A stretch of DNA of 64,000 nucleotides from positions 52,397 to 116,396 of the forward strand of contig JBHPFX010000001.1 of NCBI GenBank assembly GCA_042570925.1, written 5' to 3'. Shown in pieces: positions 36,286-46,036 of this stretch. A program made the translations under genes and the position numbers. Position 1 is the stretch's first letter. Each line of letters starts with the position of its first letter. The notes below the pieces were generated by a model. The model searched no databases. It was not told the DNA's origin and saw only the letters and a list, made by a program, of their open reading frames with translations. Source of the stretch: Patescibacteria group bacterium (lineage in GTDB: Bacteria; Patescibacteriota; Patescibacteriia; UBA10025).

Positions 36286-38570
36286 AGATATTCTCAAGGT
36301 TTTTTCACACTATATCATTGGAAGACCGGCTTATACGATATTTTCTCGGGGCGGCAGTCTTTCTGGTGCCGATACTTTTTTATCCGTCATCCAACGACCC
36401 GTACGAAACCACAAAGGTGTTTGTTTTCGGAATTCTCGTATGTACTGCTTTTGTTACCTGGTGGGTACAGAATATTCTTCGACGAGAAACCCGATTCATC
36501 TGGACTCGGCTTCACACCCTTGTAGCCATATTCACCGCAGTAGTGGTGTTTTCCGGATTTTTCTCGTCATCATTCACCAGAAGCTTTCTTGGTTCGAGCA
36601 GCTCTTTTGCAGGGACTGTTCCGGTAACTGTGTTTGTTGCAGTTTTTTTCTTCCTCATAGTCCAAGTTATACGGGAGACTAAGGATAGATTATGCATTCT
36701 ATATTCCTTTTTTGCGGGCGCGGGACTCTCACTTCTGATTATGCTGATGCAGTCATTTAGCCTATTTATATTTCCTTGGGAGGGTACCAAGAATGCAGCT
36801 TTTCAGACATTATCATCTTCAAGCATCACGCCGCCTGTGTTTTTAGGTGTAGTGGGTATTTTACTATTCAGTTTATTCTTTATCTATCGTTCGTTGGTTA
36901 TTCGATTGATACTTGGCGGCGGCATGGCGCTGGTTCTATTGGGGATGGCAGTCTATGATGCGGCATTCTCATTACTTGCATTTGCTATTGGCCTTTTTGT
37001 CGTTATTGTCTTTTTTACGATCAAATCCAAAGAAATCAAAACTTGGTGGATCTTTGTTCCGACTGGGCTGCTTGCCGTGGTAATCCTTTTAGTTTTTTTA
37101 CCGACATATTCATGGTTCGGTAATGTGATTCCACAAGAGGTTGTGCTTGATCAGGGTTCTGGGTGGAGCGTAACTGTTGACACAGCTAAATCACGTCCGT
37201 TTCTGGGATCCGGACCGCAAACGTTTGTCGATGCATTCCAGCAGTATCGGCCCCTTGAGTTCAATGACAGTTCTCTCTGGGGACTTCGTTTTGTTCGATC
37301 GAGCAATCAGTGGTTTGAGCAACTAACGACTACCGGCATTCTGGGTTTTGCCGCGTTTATCGGGATACTCGCATTGTTTGTTTCTCGATTTACTCGTTTT
37401 ATACTCCGCACGCAGCCAAAAACTCCTGATTGGTTTCTGACACTTTCCGCTGGCAGCGGGTTATTACTTATAACGTTTGTTGGTTTTCTCTACTCATGGA
37501 ATTTTATCTTATTATTTCTCTGGTGGACATTACTTGCCCTCACAAGTAGCGCATTTATTTCTGAAAAAAATCAAAAGACAATAGCTTTTAAAAGATCTCG
37601 GTCCCAAACCATGCTCACTGTGTTGATATTTTTAGTCGCACTTATCGGAAGCGTTCTCTTTGCAGTATTCGGTATCCGGGTGTGGAATGGTGAGCGTTTA
37701 CAGGCAAAAGCATTAGAACTTTCTTATGACAGTTCCACACTAGTTCAGGATTTGCGTGAGATGGCGGAACGCAGTGTCAGCTGGAATGCCTTTTCAGCCT
37801 CATCAGAGTTTTTACTGGCTGATGCATATGCTATTGAAGCACTCGGCTTTGCTCAAAATAGCGACGATGTCGAAAATATCTTGTCAATTCGTGATAAAAG
37901 TATTGAGCATATTAACGAGGGAATTGCCAAAGATCCAGATAATGCCATGACATATGAATCCGCGGCTGAAGTGTATAGGATTCTTCAACCCTTATATCCT
38001 GAAAGCGATCGTATGATTGCAGAGCTCTATGAACAGGCGGCAGAACATGATCCTTATAATCCAAACATACATTCCGAGTTAGGCCAGGCATATCTTGCGT
38101 ATGTGCAAAGAGTCGGAGTCGAAACTTCACCCAACGAACTAGAAAAAGCCGTAAGTGCATTCACTAAATCACTTGAGCTAAAATCAAATTTCATTGATCC
38201 GGCTTTATTCTTAAGTCTTGCAGATGAGACAGCCGGTCGGATAGAAGAAGCCATTGAGCGATTAGAAGCGACTCACGAGCAGTATCCGCTTGCTGTTGAG
38301 GTCACATTAACACTTGCAGGACTCTACCAAAGAGGTGAACAACATGACAAAGCCGTTGAACTTCTCCAGGAAGTATCAGCGCTTTCTGCGAGCAATTTTG
38401 AAGCACATGCTCAAATTGGCACTATTTATGAAAATCTGGGTCTCTTGTCTGAAGCTCTTCAAGAATATCTCACGGCACAGCAGATCAATCCCGCCAATGA
38501 GTTTGTGAATAACAAAGTTATAGAGTTGAGTCAGGATGGCAACTCTGGAGAAGAAGCTGTTACAGAATAA
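36282..38570 (+). CDS. O-antigen ligase-like (Wzy_C) polytopic membrane protein with C-terminal TPR repeats
   Basis: 762 aa with about 12 TM helices and a large loop, then a soluble C-terminal helical-repeat (TPR-like) domain. Confidence 0.6.
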   Translation: MKIFSRFFHTISLEDRLIRYFLGAAVFLVPILFYPSSNDPYETTKVFVFGILVCTAFVTWWVQNILRRETRFIWTRLHTLVAIFTAVVVFSGFFSSSFTRSFLGSSSSFAGTVPVTVFVAVFFFLIVQVIRETKDRLCILYSFFAGAGLSLLIMLMQSFSLFIFPWEGTKNAAFQTLSSSSITPPVFLGVVGILLFSLFFIYRSLVIRLILGGGMALVLLGMAVYDAAFSLLAFAIGLFVVIVFFTIKSKEIKTWWIFVPTGLLAVVILLVFLPTYSWFGNVIPQEVVLDQGSGWSVTVDTAKSRPFLGSGPQTFVDAFQQYRPLEFNDSSLWGLRFVRSSNQWFEQLTTTGILGFAAFIGILALFVSRFTRFILRTQPKTPDWFLTLSAGSGLLLITFVGFLYSWNFILLFLWWTLLALTSSAFISEKNQKTIAFKRSRSQTMLTVLIFLVALIGSVLFAVFGIRVWNGERLQAKALELSYDSSTLVQDLREMAERSVSWNAFSASSEFLLADAYAIEALGFAQNSDDVENILSIRDKSIEHINEGIAKDPDNAMTYESAAEVYRILQPLYPESDRMIAELYEQAAEHDPYNPNIHSELGQAYLAYVQRVGVETSPNELEKAVSAFTKSLELKSNFIDPALFLSLADETAGRIEEAIERLEATHEQYPLAVEVTLTLAGLYQRGEQHDKAVELLQEVSALSASNFEAHAQIGTIYENLGLLSEALQEYLTAQQINPANEFVNNKVIELSQDGNSGEEAVTE

Positions 38571-38573
38571 ATA

Positions 38574-40013
38574 CTATTTCTTATTCAGCTGTGCAATGAT
38601 TCCTGTACGCGCTCTGTGCGTTTGAATATGATTAAGCCAGTCACGCGACGGCTTTTTTCGGTTTTTAGATTTAATGATTTCGACCAAATCACCATTTTGC
38701 AGTGTTGAAGTGAGCTTACCTATTTTCTCATTAATTTTTGCTCCTGTTGTGTGATTTCCCAGATCGGTATGAATAGCATACGCAAAGTCGATGGGAGTTG
38801 AATTCTCCGGAAGGTCAATCACATCTCCTTTTGGTGTGAAAATAAAGATACGGTTTTTAAAGATATCGATTTTTAAACCCTCAATGTACTTGTCATTATC
38901 AGCAATGCTTTTCTGCCATTGCATGAGGTGATTAATCCATTCAAGGCGCTTCTTAACTGGCGTTCCTTTTTTTGGTTTGCCGGTTTCTACATAATTCCAG
39001 TGAGCGGCGATTCCAAATTCAGCCGCATGATGCATTTCCTGGTCACGAATCTGGATTTCCACAATCCTGTTATCAAGACAAAAAATGTCTGTATGGAGCG
39101 ATCGGTACCCATTAGGCTTTGGTTGAGCGATATAGTCTTTTATTCTGCCTTTGATGGGGGCGCACTCACTATGTATCGCTCCGAGAGCCGTGTAGCATGA
39201 TGATACGTCCGGAACAATGATTCGAACTGCAATAATGTCATGGATACGCGACAAATCATTATCATATTTTTTCAACTTCTTATATAGGCTATATAGTCGT
39301 TTTGCCCGCCCGTGGATGTCAATGACGTTAATGTTGACTTTTTTTAGGATTTTTTTTATCTGAGGAATAACTTTCTTATTTACCAGTTTTTCCTGACTCC
39401 CATACGTTTCCTTAACAAGTTCTTTGAGTTTTAGATAATCCCTTTTTTGTGCGATGGGAAATGCAAGATCTTCGAGCTGACCTTTGATTTCCCCCATACC
39501 GAGTCGATTAGCGATTGGTGCATAAATTTCCAGCGTCTCACGCGCGATTCGCAGTTGCTTGCTTGTTTCAAAAACGTGAAGCGTCTTGATATTATCAAGC
39601 CGATCTGCGATTTTGATCATAATCACCCTGATGTCGGACGACATTGCGATAAAAAGTTTCCGTAAAGATTCCGCATAACGCTCACGTCCCTGGTAGGATA
39701 ATCGCCCCAGTTTCGTAACACCTTCGACAAGAAACGCGATATTTTTCCCAAAAGATTTTTCAATTTCATCAACAGTCGTATTAGAATCCTCAAGCACGTC
39801 ATGGAGAATTCCGGCAACAATTGTATCGGGGTCCAGCTTCCATTCAGCCAGAATAAGTGTTGACCGCAGAGGATGTTCCACATAATCCTCTCCTGTCAGG
39901 CGCTTCTGTCCTTTGTGAATTTTTTCAGCAAATGCTACCGCTTTTTCAACGAGCGGCATATATTTGCTGGTGACAGCCTGTTCAATTTTTCTGAAAAAAT
40001 CAAGTCGATCCAT
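38574..40013 (-). CDS. short RelA/SpoT-homologue (HD hydrolase + (p)ppGpp synthetase + TGS; lacks C-terminal ACT/ZFD regulatory region)
   Basis: HD motif (HPLRSTLIL…HDVLED), synthetase motifs (RAKRLYSLYKK…DIIAVRIIV…YRSLHT) and a TGS domain (IFIFTPKGDVIDLPENSTPIDFAY). Only 479 aa. Confidence 0.8.
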   Translation of the reverse strand: MDRLDFFRKIEQAVTSKYMPLVEKAVAFAEKIHKGQKRLTGEDYVEHPLRSTLILAEWKLDPDTIVAGILHDVLEDSNTTVDEIEKSFGKNIAFLVEGVTKLGRLSYQGRERYAESLRKLFIAMSSDIRVIMIKIADRLDNIKTLHVFETSKQLRIARETLEIYAPIANRLGMGEIKGQLEDLAFPIAQKRDYLKLKELVKETYGSQEKLVNKKVIPQIKKILKKVNINVIDIHGRAKRLYSLYKKLKKYDNDLSRIHDIIAVRIIVPDVSSCYTALGAIHSECAPIKGRIKDYIAQPKPNGYRSLHTDIFCLDNRIVEIQIRDQEMHHAAEFGIAAHWNYVETGKPKKGTPVKKRLEWINHLMQWQKSIADNDKYIEGLKIDIFKNRIFIFTPKGDVIDLPENSTPIDFAYAIHTDLGNHTTGAKINEKIGKLTSTLQNGDLVEIIKSKNRKKPSRDWLNHIQTHRARTGIIAQLNKK

Positions 40014-40123
40014 AGTGTTTCATATTGTACCGCAACTTGCGTGTAACATCAATCATTGAAATTTTTTATCAGAAAAGGTATGATAGAAGCCAATAACTCT
40101 TAAGTAATATATTTTATAAAAGT

Positions 40124-41065
40124 ATGCCTGATAAAAAAGTATTTGATCTTGTCATTGTCGGCGGCGGTGCGGCCGGATTATCAGCAGGAATGTACGCAGG
40201 GAGATATATGATCAAGACAGCAATTATTAAAGGTCCTAAACCAGGAGGAGAAACTGCGACAGCTTCAACCATAGAAAACTGGCCGGGCACTCTTTCAATC
40301 GACGGGCTCGAGTTGGTACAAAATATGGAGAAGCATGCGAAAGCTTCAGGTGCTGAGCTTTTTGACGGTGAAGTCACAAAGATTGAAAAGAAGGGTGATT
40401 GTTTTTATTCAACCGTCGGAGATGATACATATATTTCAAAAACAATTATTCTTGGCACGGGATCTGAAAGAAGAAAGCTTGGACTTCCCAACGAAGATAA
40501 TCTTCGCGGCAAAGGAGTTTCATATTGTGCGACATGCGATGCGCCGCTCTATAAAGAAAAAACGATTGCAATTATCGGCGGCGGAGACTCTTCGGTGAAA
40601 GGTGCGAATCTGGCAGCAAGGTTTGCGAAAAAAACATATCTCATAACTCGTGGCAAAGAACTTGTCGGAGAGCCAATAAATCTCAAACAATTGAAAGAAA
40701 AAAAGAATGTAGAGGTTGTGTACGAAACCGAAGTAAAAGAAATTATTGGAGAAAAAATGATTAAGAAGATTGTGTTGAGCAAACCTCTCAATGGATCGAC
40801 GGAACTTGCCCTTCATGGTCTTTTTGTGGAAGTCGGTGCGATGCCACGGACAGATCTTTCTGAAATGCTTGGACTGGATTTGGAAAGAGGATATATTAAA
40901 GTTAATCGATTCATGCAGACGAATGTTGAGGGTGTATATGCTGCCGGGGACATTTCCAACGGAACAGGGGATTTTAAGCAGGACATTACCGCTGCGGCGC
41001 AAGGGGCAATGGCTGCTACTTCAGCATATAAATATATCGGAGCGCATAAGGATATTGTTTGTTGA
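40124..41065 (+). CDS. trxB: thioredoxin-disulfide reductase
   Basis: FAD motif (GGGAAGLSAGMYAGR), redox-active CATCD, NADPH motif (GGGDSS). Confidence 0.9.
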   Translation: MPDKKVFDLVIVGGGAAGLSAGMYAGRYMIKTAIIKGPKPGGETATASTIENWPGTLSIDGLELVQNMEKHAKASGAELFDGEVTKIEKKGDCFYSTVGDDTYISKTIILGTGSERRKLGLPNEDNLRGKGVSYCATCDAPLYKEKTIAIIGGGDSSVKGANLAARFAKKTYLITRGKELVGEPINLKQLKEKKNVEVVYETEVKEIIGEKMIKKIVLSKPLNGSTELALHGLFVEVGAMPRTDLSEMLGLDLERGYIKVNRFMQTNVEGVYAAGDISNGTGDFKQDITAAAQGAMAATSAYKYIGAHKDIVC

Positions 41066-41123
41066 GCATCCGAAGATAGGAACCACTTGATTGGTATTTA
41101 TTAGTTAGAATCCGCTTTTGGTT

Positions 41124-41270
41124 TCTTCTTTCTGTGACCAGAAAGAAGCAAAGAGTCCCGGGGTTTCCAATTCGCGGGTATTTATCATGCTTGATATATC
41201 TAGGAGTGGCTCAATGGAAACCCTCCTCGAGCCCGAGACTCGGAGCCGAGGGCCGGACCCCACCTCTAGG
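41124..41270 (+). repeat. intergenic repeat family, copy C (with internal GC hairpin insertion)
   Basis: TTCTTCTTTCTGTGACCAGAAAGAAGCAAAGAGTCCCGGGGTTTCCAATTCGCGGG…GGCTCAATGGAAACC…[CTCCTCGAGCCCGAGACTCGGAGCCGAGGG]…CCGGACCCCACCTCTAGG. Confidence 0.7.
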
Positions 41271-41635
41271 AGGATTTTATTGAGTGAACTTTTCACGCTG
41301 CTTCACTCAGGATTTAACAGAGCGCCGTGCAGAATATTTAATAAAACTTGACCATATTAGTTGTGGATAAGGGGTCTTTGTAATTGACAAACATTCAAAT
41401 TAATGTCAGAATAATTCCATTATTGCACCTTCGCACTTTCAACAATGCATACTGAACTAAACAGTTCGATCACTAGATCCTTACCGCAACAATAACCGGA
41501 ATTGGGAAAAGCCATGCCAGCATGGCAGAAAGGAGGGTTAGAGTTCTAGAGTAGAGCTTTTTGCATTACCGTAGTACGGTAGGGATCAAGTGAATTCACT
41601 CGAGTGAAACGCTGTTTCAAACGGAGGGTATTACC

Positions 41636-42778
41636 TTGAAGAGGTCAAACCGATTCATTTTACCCGTGATCCTTCTGGTCACAGCCGTTATGACGTTCGG
41701 GACGATGAGCCTGACGTATGCGACGACGACCAAGGACGCGATGAAGATCGAGGTCAACCAAAACGGACCTCCGGTGTCATTCTGTAACGTGCAACACAAT
41801 CCGGCGATCACCGACAACACGACCGCAGTGACGTGCACCGCAAACACAGCCCCGGCCATCGACGAGAAAAAGACGGCCACGTTTGCGACCTGCACGGAAG
41901 GTACGATTGAGCTATCAGCTCCTCCTACTCCCGGCCTGGACGCGACCCGCGCCAGCCCCGACAACTTCTGCCTGGCCAAAGTCGACAATGCCGTGGAGAG
42001 CAATATCGAAGTCTATGACGCGACCGAATACTCCGTGACGAACCGTGCCGGCCCTACGACGACCGCCGAGTGTTCGACCATGGAGAGCAATACCGAAGTC
42101 TACGATGAGACGCCCGTCACCGCCGCGATGAACCGCGCTGGCCCGACAGCAAACTGTGCTGAGAACGTGGCTGAGTGTTCGACCGTGGCGACCGGCGCCC
42201 CTGCCAACCTGGCGACGACTGATTATCCGAACCCCGCGATGAACGGTTCGAGGCAGACGACTGATTATCCGAACCCCGCGATGAACGGTTCGAGGCATAT
42301 GACGGTCATGAAGGTTGACGAGGGCGCGAATCAATCACGTGCTGTTACTGCGACCGCTGACTCGTGGGACGGCACCGATATGTGGACAGTTGAGAAGACC
42401 TGGACGGCGATTGCTGACGAAAATGCGACGCGGACCAACATGAAGGCAGGGCTACCGAACGAACTTGTCGTCGAGCTGACGAGTGGTATCCTGGCCGCCA
42501 ATTCTCGGATGAAAACGACGATCCGTGCGACGGATGTCTCGAAGGCGATGGCGAATGCCGGTGGAATTCAAGACGACGGCGCGATGTGCTGCGGTGCACA
42601 GACCGCCGGTACCAACGTGGAAGATGGCTGGAAACTGACGACGGAAATCGCGGCCGACGCGGCTATGAATACCGTCGTGGAAGAAACAAATCGGGCACAG
42701 AAGCCGGTGATGACGATTACGGACGACGCCAGCTACGCCTATCCGAATCCGTTCAACGCCGGGACGATCGCGGCCTAA
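41636..42778 (+). CDS. GC-rich secreted Thr/Ala/Asn-rich protein with tandem TTDYPNPAMNGSR repeats (probable horizontally acquired)
   Basis: TTG start and a signal peptide (FILPVILLVTAVMTFGTMSLTYA). There are 380 codons with a strong GC3 bias, unlike its neighbours. Overlapping shadow ORFs occur in every frame. It ends …AYPNPFNAGTIAA. Confidence 0.6.
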   Translation: MKRSNRFILPVILLVTAVMTFGTMSLTYATTTKDAMKIEVNQNGPPVSFCNVQHNPAITDNTTAVTCTANTAPAIDEKKTATFATCTEGTIELSAPPTPGLDATRASPDNFCLAKVDNAVESNIEVYDATEYSVTNRAGPTTTAECSTMESNTEVYDETPVTAAMNRAGPTANCAENVAECSTVATGAPANLATTDYPNPAMNGSRQTTDYPNPAMNGSRHMTVMKVDEGANQSRAVTATADSWDGTDMWTVEKTWTAIADENATRTNMKAGLPNELVVELTSGILAANSRMKTTIRATDVSKAMANAGGIQDDGAMCCGAQTAGTNVEDGWKLTTEIAADAAMNTVVEETNRAQKPVMTITDDASYAYPNPFNAGTIAA

Positions 42779-42834
42779 AGTCATTCAAGGCGAATGGCGC
42801 GATCTACAACTGGATTAGTTCTGCATTGAATTTG

Positions 42835-42876
42835 CTCCCCCGCACACATTGTGCTGTGCGGGGGATTGTTTTTTTA
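42835..42876 (+). terminator. rho-independent terminator
   Basis: CCCCCGCACAC-attgtgctg-TGCGGGGG followed by ATTGTTTTTTTAT. Confidence 0.8.
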
Positions 42877-42881
42877 TTCCT

Positions 42882-42990
42882 ACCATCCTGAGGAGTCGAA
42901 CGGAGTGAGACAACGAAGGATCACTTAGTTACCGTAAAACAGGGGGATCCTTCGTCACCATGACTAAAGGCATGGACTCCTCAGGATGGT
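42882..42990. repeat. 109-bp palindromic element with 16-bp perfect terminal inverted repeats (ACCATCCTGAGGAGTC / GACTCCTCAGGATGGT) and a nested 9-bp IR
   Basis: The terminal IRs are read directly. The inner IR is CGAAGGATC/GATCCTTCG. The element lies between a terminator and the next promoter. Confidence 0.6.
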
Positions 42991-43013
42991 TTGTTATTTA
43001 TTAAGCCAATAGG

Positions 43014-43042
43014 CTTGACAGGGACGAGATGTCATGCTAACA
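43014..43042 (+). promoter_or_regulatory. sigma70-like promoter TTGACA-N17-TAACAT
   Basis: It has a consensus -35 box with 17-bp spacing to a good -10 box. It sits about 180 nt upstream of the 43225 gene. Confidence 0.45.
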
Positions 43043-43224
43043 TGTTCGGTCAAATGATCTTTGCCAACTATAAAGGCCTTTTCGCCATTTTACTGTCCTT
43101 ATTGAACAGGGACTATCACACAAATACACCTGAAGGAGGCAGGTTTATATTCGATGTGAAAGTGAATGTGCAGAAGGGTCATTCTGACCACTCATAACTA
43201 GATGAAGAACAGGAGAACTACCGG

Positions 43225-43737
43225 ATGAAGACGAAGATTTGCATTTTTGCGGCCATTGCCGCGTTCTTATGCACCTTTGTGATCTCCAGTCCGGCCATCG
43301 CCGAGACCCACGACGGGTACTCGATCTGGACACTCGATGACCAGGCCGTACCGCCAGCGGATGTCACGGTGAAACAGTTCACCGCAAACTCGACGACTCC
43401 GGCGGCCAGCAATTCTCCGCCGGCCGCGTCCCATTTCGTTTCTTATTTCACTTTGATACAGACGAACCCGGCCGCGTTCGAGTCACCGTACACTTCGATC
43501 ACCTCTCTGAACCGTTCAGGTCCGCCGGCATCCGCGTGCGCGAACTGTGGAACCGATATCAGCGTGCCACGGCCAGCCGACGCCAACCTGTTCAACGGCT
43601 TCTGGCAACCCGACTCCGACGTCCGGGATCAGGCAGAGGTCGACACTTCGACATGCTCAGTGTCGGCCTGTAACACCCGTCGCTATGACGACATTAATGT
43701 GATCCCGATCTCCGGCCCGACCGGCGCCGCGGCCTAA
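43225..43737 (+). CDS. GC-rich secreted Ala/Thr/Pro/Ser-rich protein (probable horizontally acquired)
   Basis: Signal peptide (ICIFAAIAAFLCTFVISSPAIA), 170 aa, GC-rich codons, C-terminus …ISGPTGAAA. Confidence 0.55.
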   Translation: MKTKICIFAAIAAFLCTFVISSPAIAETHDGYSIWTLDDQAVPPADVTVKQFTANSTTPAASNSPPAASHFVSYFTLIQTNPAAFESPYTSITSLNRSGPPASACANCGTDISVPRPADANLFNGFWQPDSDVRDQAEVDTSTCSVSACNTRRYDDINVIPISGPTGAAA

Positions 43738-43756
43738 CGACGGCCGACGCCCAAAA

Positions 43757-43797
43757 CCCCCGAGCACTCTTTGAGTGCCCGGGGGTCGATTTTTATT
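43757..43797. terminator. bidirectional hairpin terminator
   Basis: CCCCCGAGCACTC-ttt-GAGTGCCCGGGGG + TCGATTTTTATTT. The topA stop lies on the other strand at 43809. Confidence 0.7.
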
Positions 43798-43808
43798 TAC
43801 ACCAATTG

Positions 43809-46031
43809 TTAATCAATCAGCTTCTCGAACTTGCATTCCTTGCTTGAACATCTCGCTTTGCCTTTTGCGGCAAAGACCAGGAGGTCTCCCGATTCTGGAC
43901 ATTTCTCACCAGATGGCTTGGACCACAGAGCAAATTTACATGAAGGATACTGGTTGCATGCGAAGAACGTTCTGCCGCGTTTGCTGCGTTTTTCAATTAT
44001 ATCGCCTTTATTACACTGCGGGCAGGTGACACCTGTTTTCTTTTCAATATTCTTAATGAATTTGCAGTCCGGGTAGCCGGTGCATCCAAAGAATTCACCG
44101 AACCGTCCGCGTTTCACCTGAAGCGGTTTTTTACACTCAGGACATTTCTCATCCGTCACTTTTGGTTCTTCCGGCTCACCGTCCCCATTCACGGGTTTAG
44201 TAGTCTTACACTCGGGATAGCCGGTACATGCCAGGAATTTTCCGAACCGGCCCATTTTAATCACCATCGGCTTTCCGCATTTTTCGCATACTTCTTTTGT
44301 CGCTTCTTCAGTAAGCTCTTTTTTAGATAAAGTTTTATCTTTATTCATAAGATTTTCCTTGAAGGGTTTATAAAATTCTTTTACAACAGGCATCCATTTC
44401 TTCTTTCCGGCGGCGATTTCATCAAGATCATCTTCCATATGGGCCGTGAATGTATAGTCGACTATTCTTGGAAAGTGATCAACAAGCAGGTCATTCACCA
44501 GTGTGCCGACGTCGGTTGGTTGGAGTTTTTTTTCTTCTCGTAACACATAATTACGATCAATGATCGTGCTGATGATTGATGCATATGTCGACGGTCTTCC
44601 AATATCATACTCTTCAAGCGCTTTTACCAACCCTGCTTCAGAATATCTCGCGGGGGGTTCAGTAAAGTGCTGAATTGGCTTGATTTCTTTGGAATCTACT
44701 GAATCCTTTTCTTTTACATCTGGTAGCTGATTTTCTTTTACACTATCGGTGTATACTTTTAAAAATCCATCAAATTTAATGATCGATCCGGTTGCCCGAA
44801 AAGTATAAGCATGTTCCTTTGATCCGACATCGATGGTGGTTGAATCCAGAATCGCCTGAGGCATTTGTGAGGCAATCGCGCGCTTCCAAATTAAACTGTA
44901 TAAGCGAAACAGGTCAGGCGTGAGGTATTCTTTTATCTTTTCAGGTTCATTCTTCGGATCTGTTGGACGGATTGCCTCATGCGCTTCCTGGGCCAATCGT
45001 GACTTTGCTTTGTATTTATTAGGCTGAGCAAGGGCGTATTTTTCTCCAAAAGAGGATGTGAGGAATGCTTTGGCTTCATTGAGAAATTTGTCAGCGAGAT
45101 TGACTGAGTCCGTTCTCATATAAGTGATTAAACCAACAGAGCCCTGGGATCCCAATTCAACACCCTCATAAAGCATTTGGGCTGCACGCATAGTCTTTTT
45201 TGCAGAATACCCGAGCTTTCTATTCGACTCTTGCTGCATTGTGGATGTGGTAAATGGAGGAAGCGGGGAACGCTTAATTTCTTTTCGATTTATTGAAGAA
45301 ATTTCATACACAGCTTTTGTCAGGTCGCCAAGTATGTTCTTAGCATCCTTTTCATTTTTAATAGCAAACTTATCAAGCTTTTTTCCATCTTGAGCATATA
45401 ACTTTGCTTGAATTGTCGCTGAATCTCCTTTTTTTTCAAAAACAGCCTCGATTGTCCAGAATTCCTGTGGTTTAAAAGCTTTAATTTCCCGTTCGCGTTC
45501 CACAATTAATCGGACAGCCACGGATTGAACTCGCCCCGCAGATAAACCTCTCGCCACTTTTCTCCAGAGAAAGGGGGATAATTCATATCCCACAAGACGA
45601 TCCAAAACACGCCTCGCCTGTTGGGCGTCTACCATATGTGGATCAATGTCTCGAGGTTTATCTAGAGCCTCATTAATAGCTTCCTTCGTGATTTCGTGGA
45701 AGACAATTCGTTTTACTTTATCTTTTTTCGGCTTGATGGCTTCGACAAGGTGCCAGGCGATTGCCTCACCTTCACGATCTTCATCAGTAGCAAAGTAGAT
45801 GAGATCCGATTTTTTAGCCAGTGTTTTTAGCTTTGTGATGGTCTTTTCGCTGCCCTTTGGTATCTCGTAGGTGGGAGTGAAATTTTTCTTTACATCAACA
45901 CCTAACTTACTTTTTGGCAAGTCGCGAATATGTCCATATGACGATTCGATATGATAATCCTTCTTTCCAAGGAATTTGCTGATCGTCTTGGCTTTTGTTG
46001 GTGATTCGACAATGACGAGATGTTTGGCCAT
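43809..46031 (-). CDS. topA: DNA topoisomerase I
   Basis: TOPRIM N-terminus (HLVIVESPTKAKTI), the catalytic Tyr region, and three C-terminal C4 zinc-ribbon repeats (C.C…C.GYP.C). Confidence 0.95.
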   Translation of the reverse strand: MAKHLVIVESPTKAKTISKFLGKKDYHIESSYGHIRDLPKSKLGVDVKKNFTPTYEIPKGSEKTITKLKTLAKKSDLIYFATDEDREGEAIAWHLVEAIKPKKDKVKRIVFHEITKEAINEALDKPRDIDPHMVDAQQARRVLDRLVGYELSPFLWRKVARGLSAGRVQSVAVRLIVEREREIKAFKPQEFWTIEAVFEKKGDSATIQAKLYAQDGKKLDKFAIKNEKDAKNILGDLTKAVYEISSINRKEIKRSPLPPFTTSTMQQESNRKLGYSAKKTMRAAQMLYEGVELGSQGSVGLITYMRTDSVNLADKFLNEAKAFLTSSFGEKYALAQPNKYKAKSRLAQEAHEAIRPTDPKNEPEKIKEYLTPDLFRLYSLIWKRAIASQMPQAILDSTTIDVGSKEHAYTFRATGSIIKFDGFLKVYTDSVKENQLPDVKEKDSVDSKEIKPIQHFTEPPARYSEAGLVKALEEYDIGRPSTYASIISTIIDRNYVLREEKKLQPTDVGTLVNDLLVDHFPRIVDYTFTAHMEDDLDEIAAGKKKWMPVVKEFYKPFKENLMNKDKTLSKKELTEEATKEVCEKCGKPMVIKMGRFGKFLACTGYPECKTTKPVNGDGEPEEPKVTDEKCPECKKPLQVKRGRFGEFFGCTGYPDCKFIKNIEKKTGVTCPQCNKGDIIEKRSKRGRTFFACNQYPSCKFALWSKPSGEKCPESGDLLVFAAKGKARCSSKECKFEKLID

Positions 46032-46036
46032 AGTAT

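Noticed and set aside
41617-42891. Multiple 80–140-aa ORFs on both strands (41617..42003-, 41915..42334-, 42345..42599-, 42452..42784-, 42586..42891+)
   Set aside because: They are Arg/Gly/His-rich translations typical of out-of-frame reading of a GC3-rich gene. All overlap the signal-peptide-bearing + strand ORF 41636..42778.
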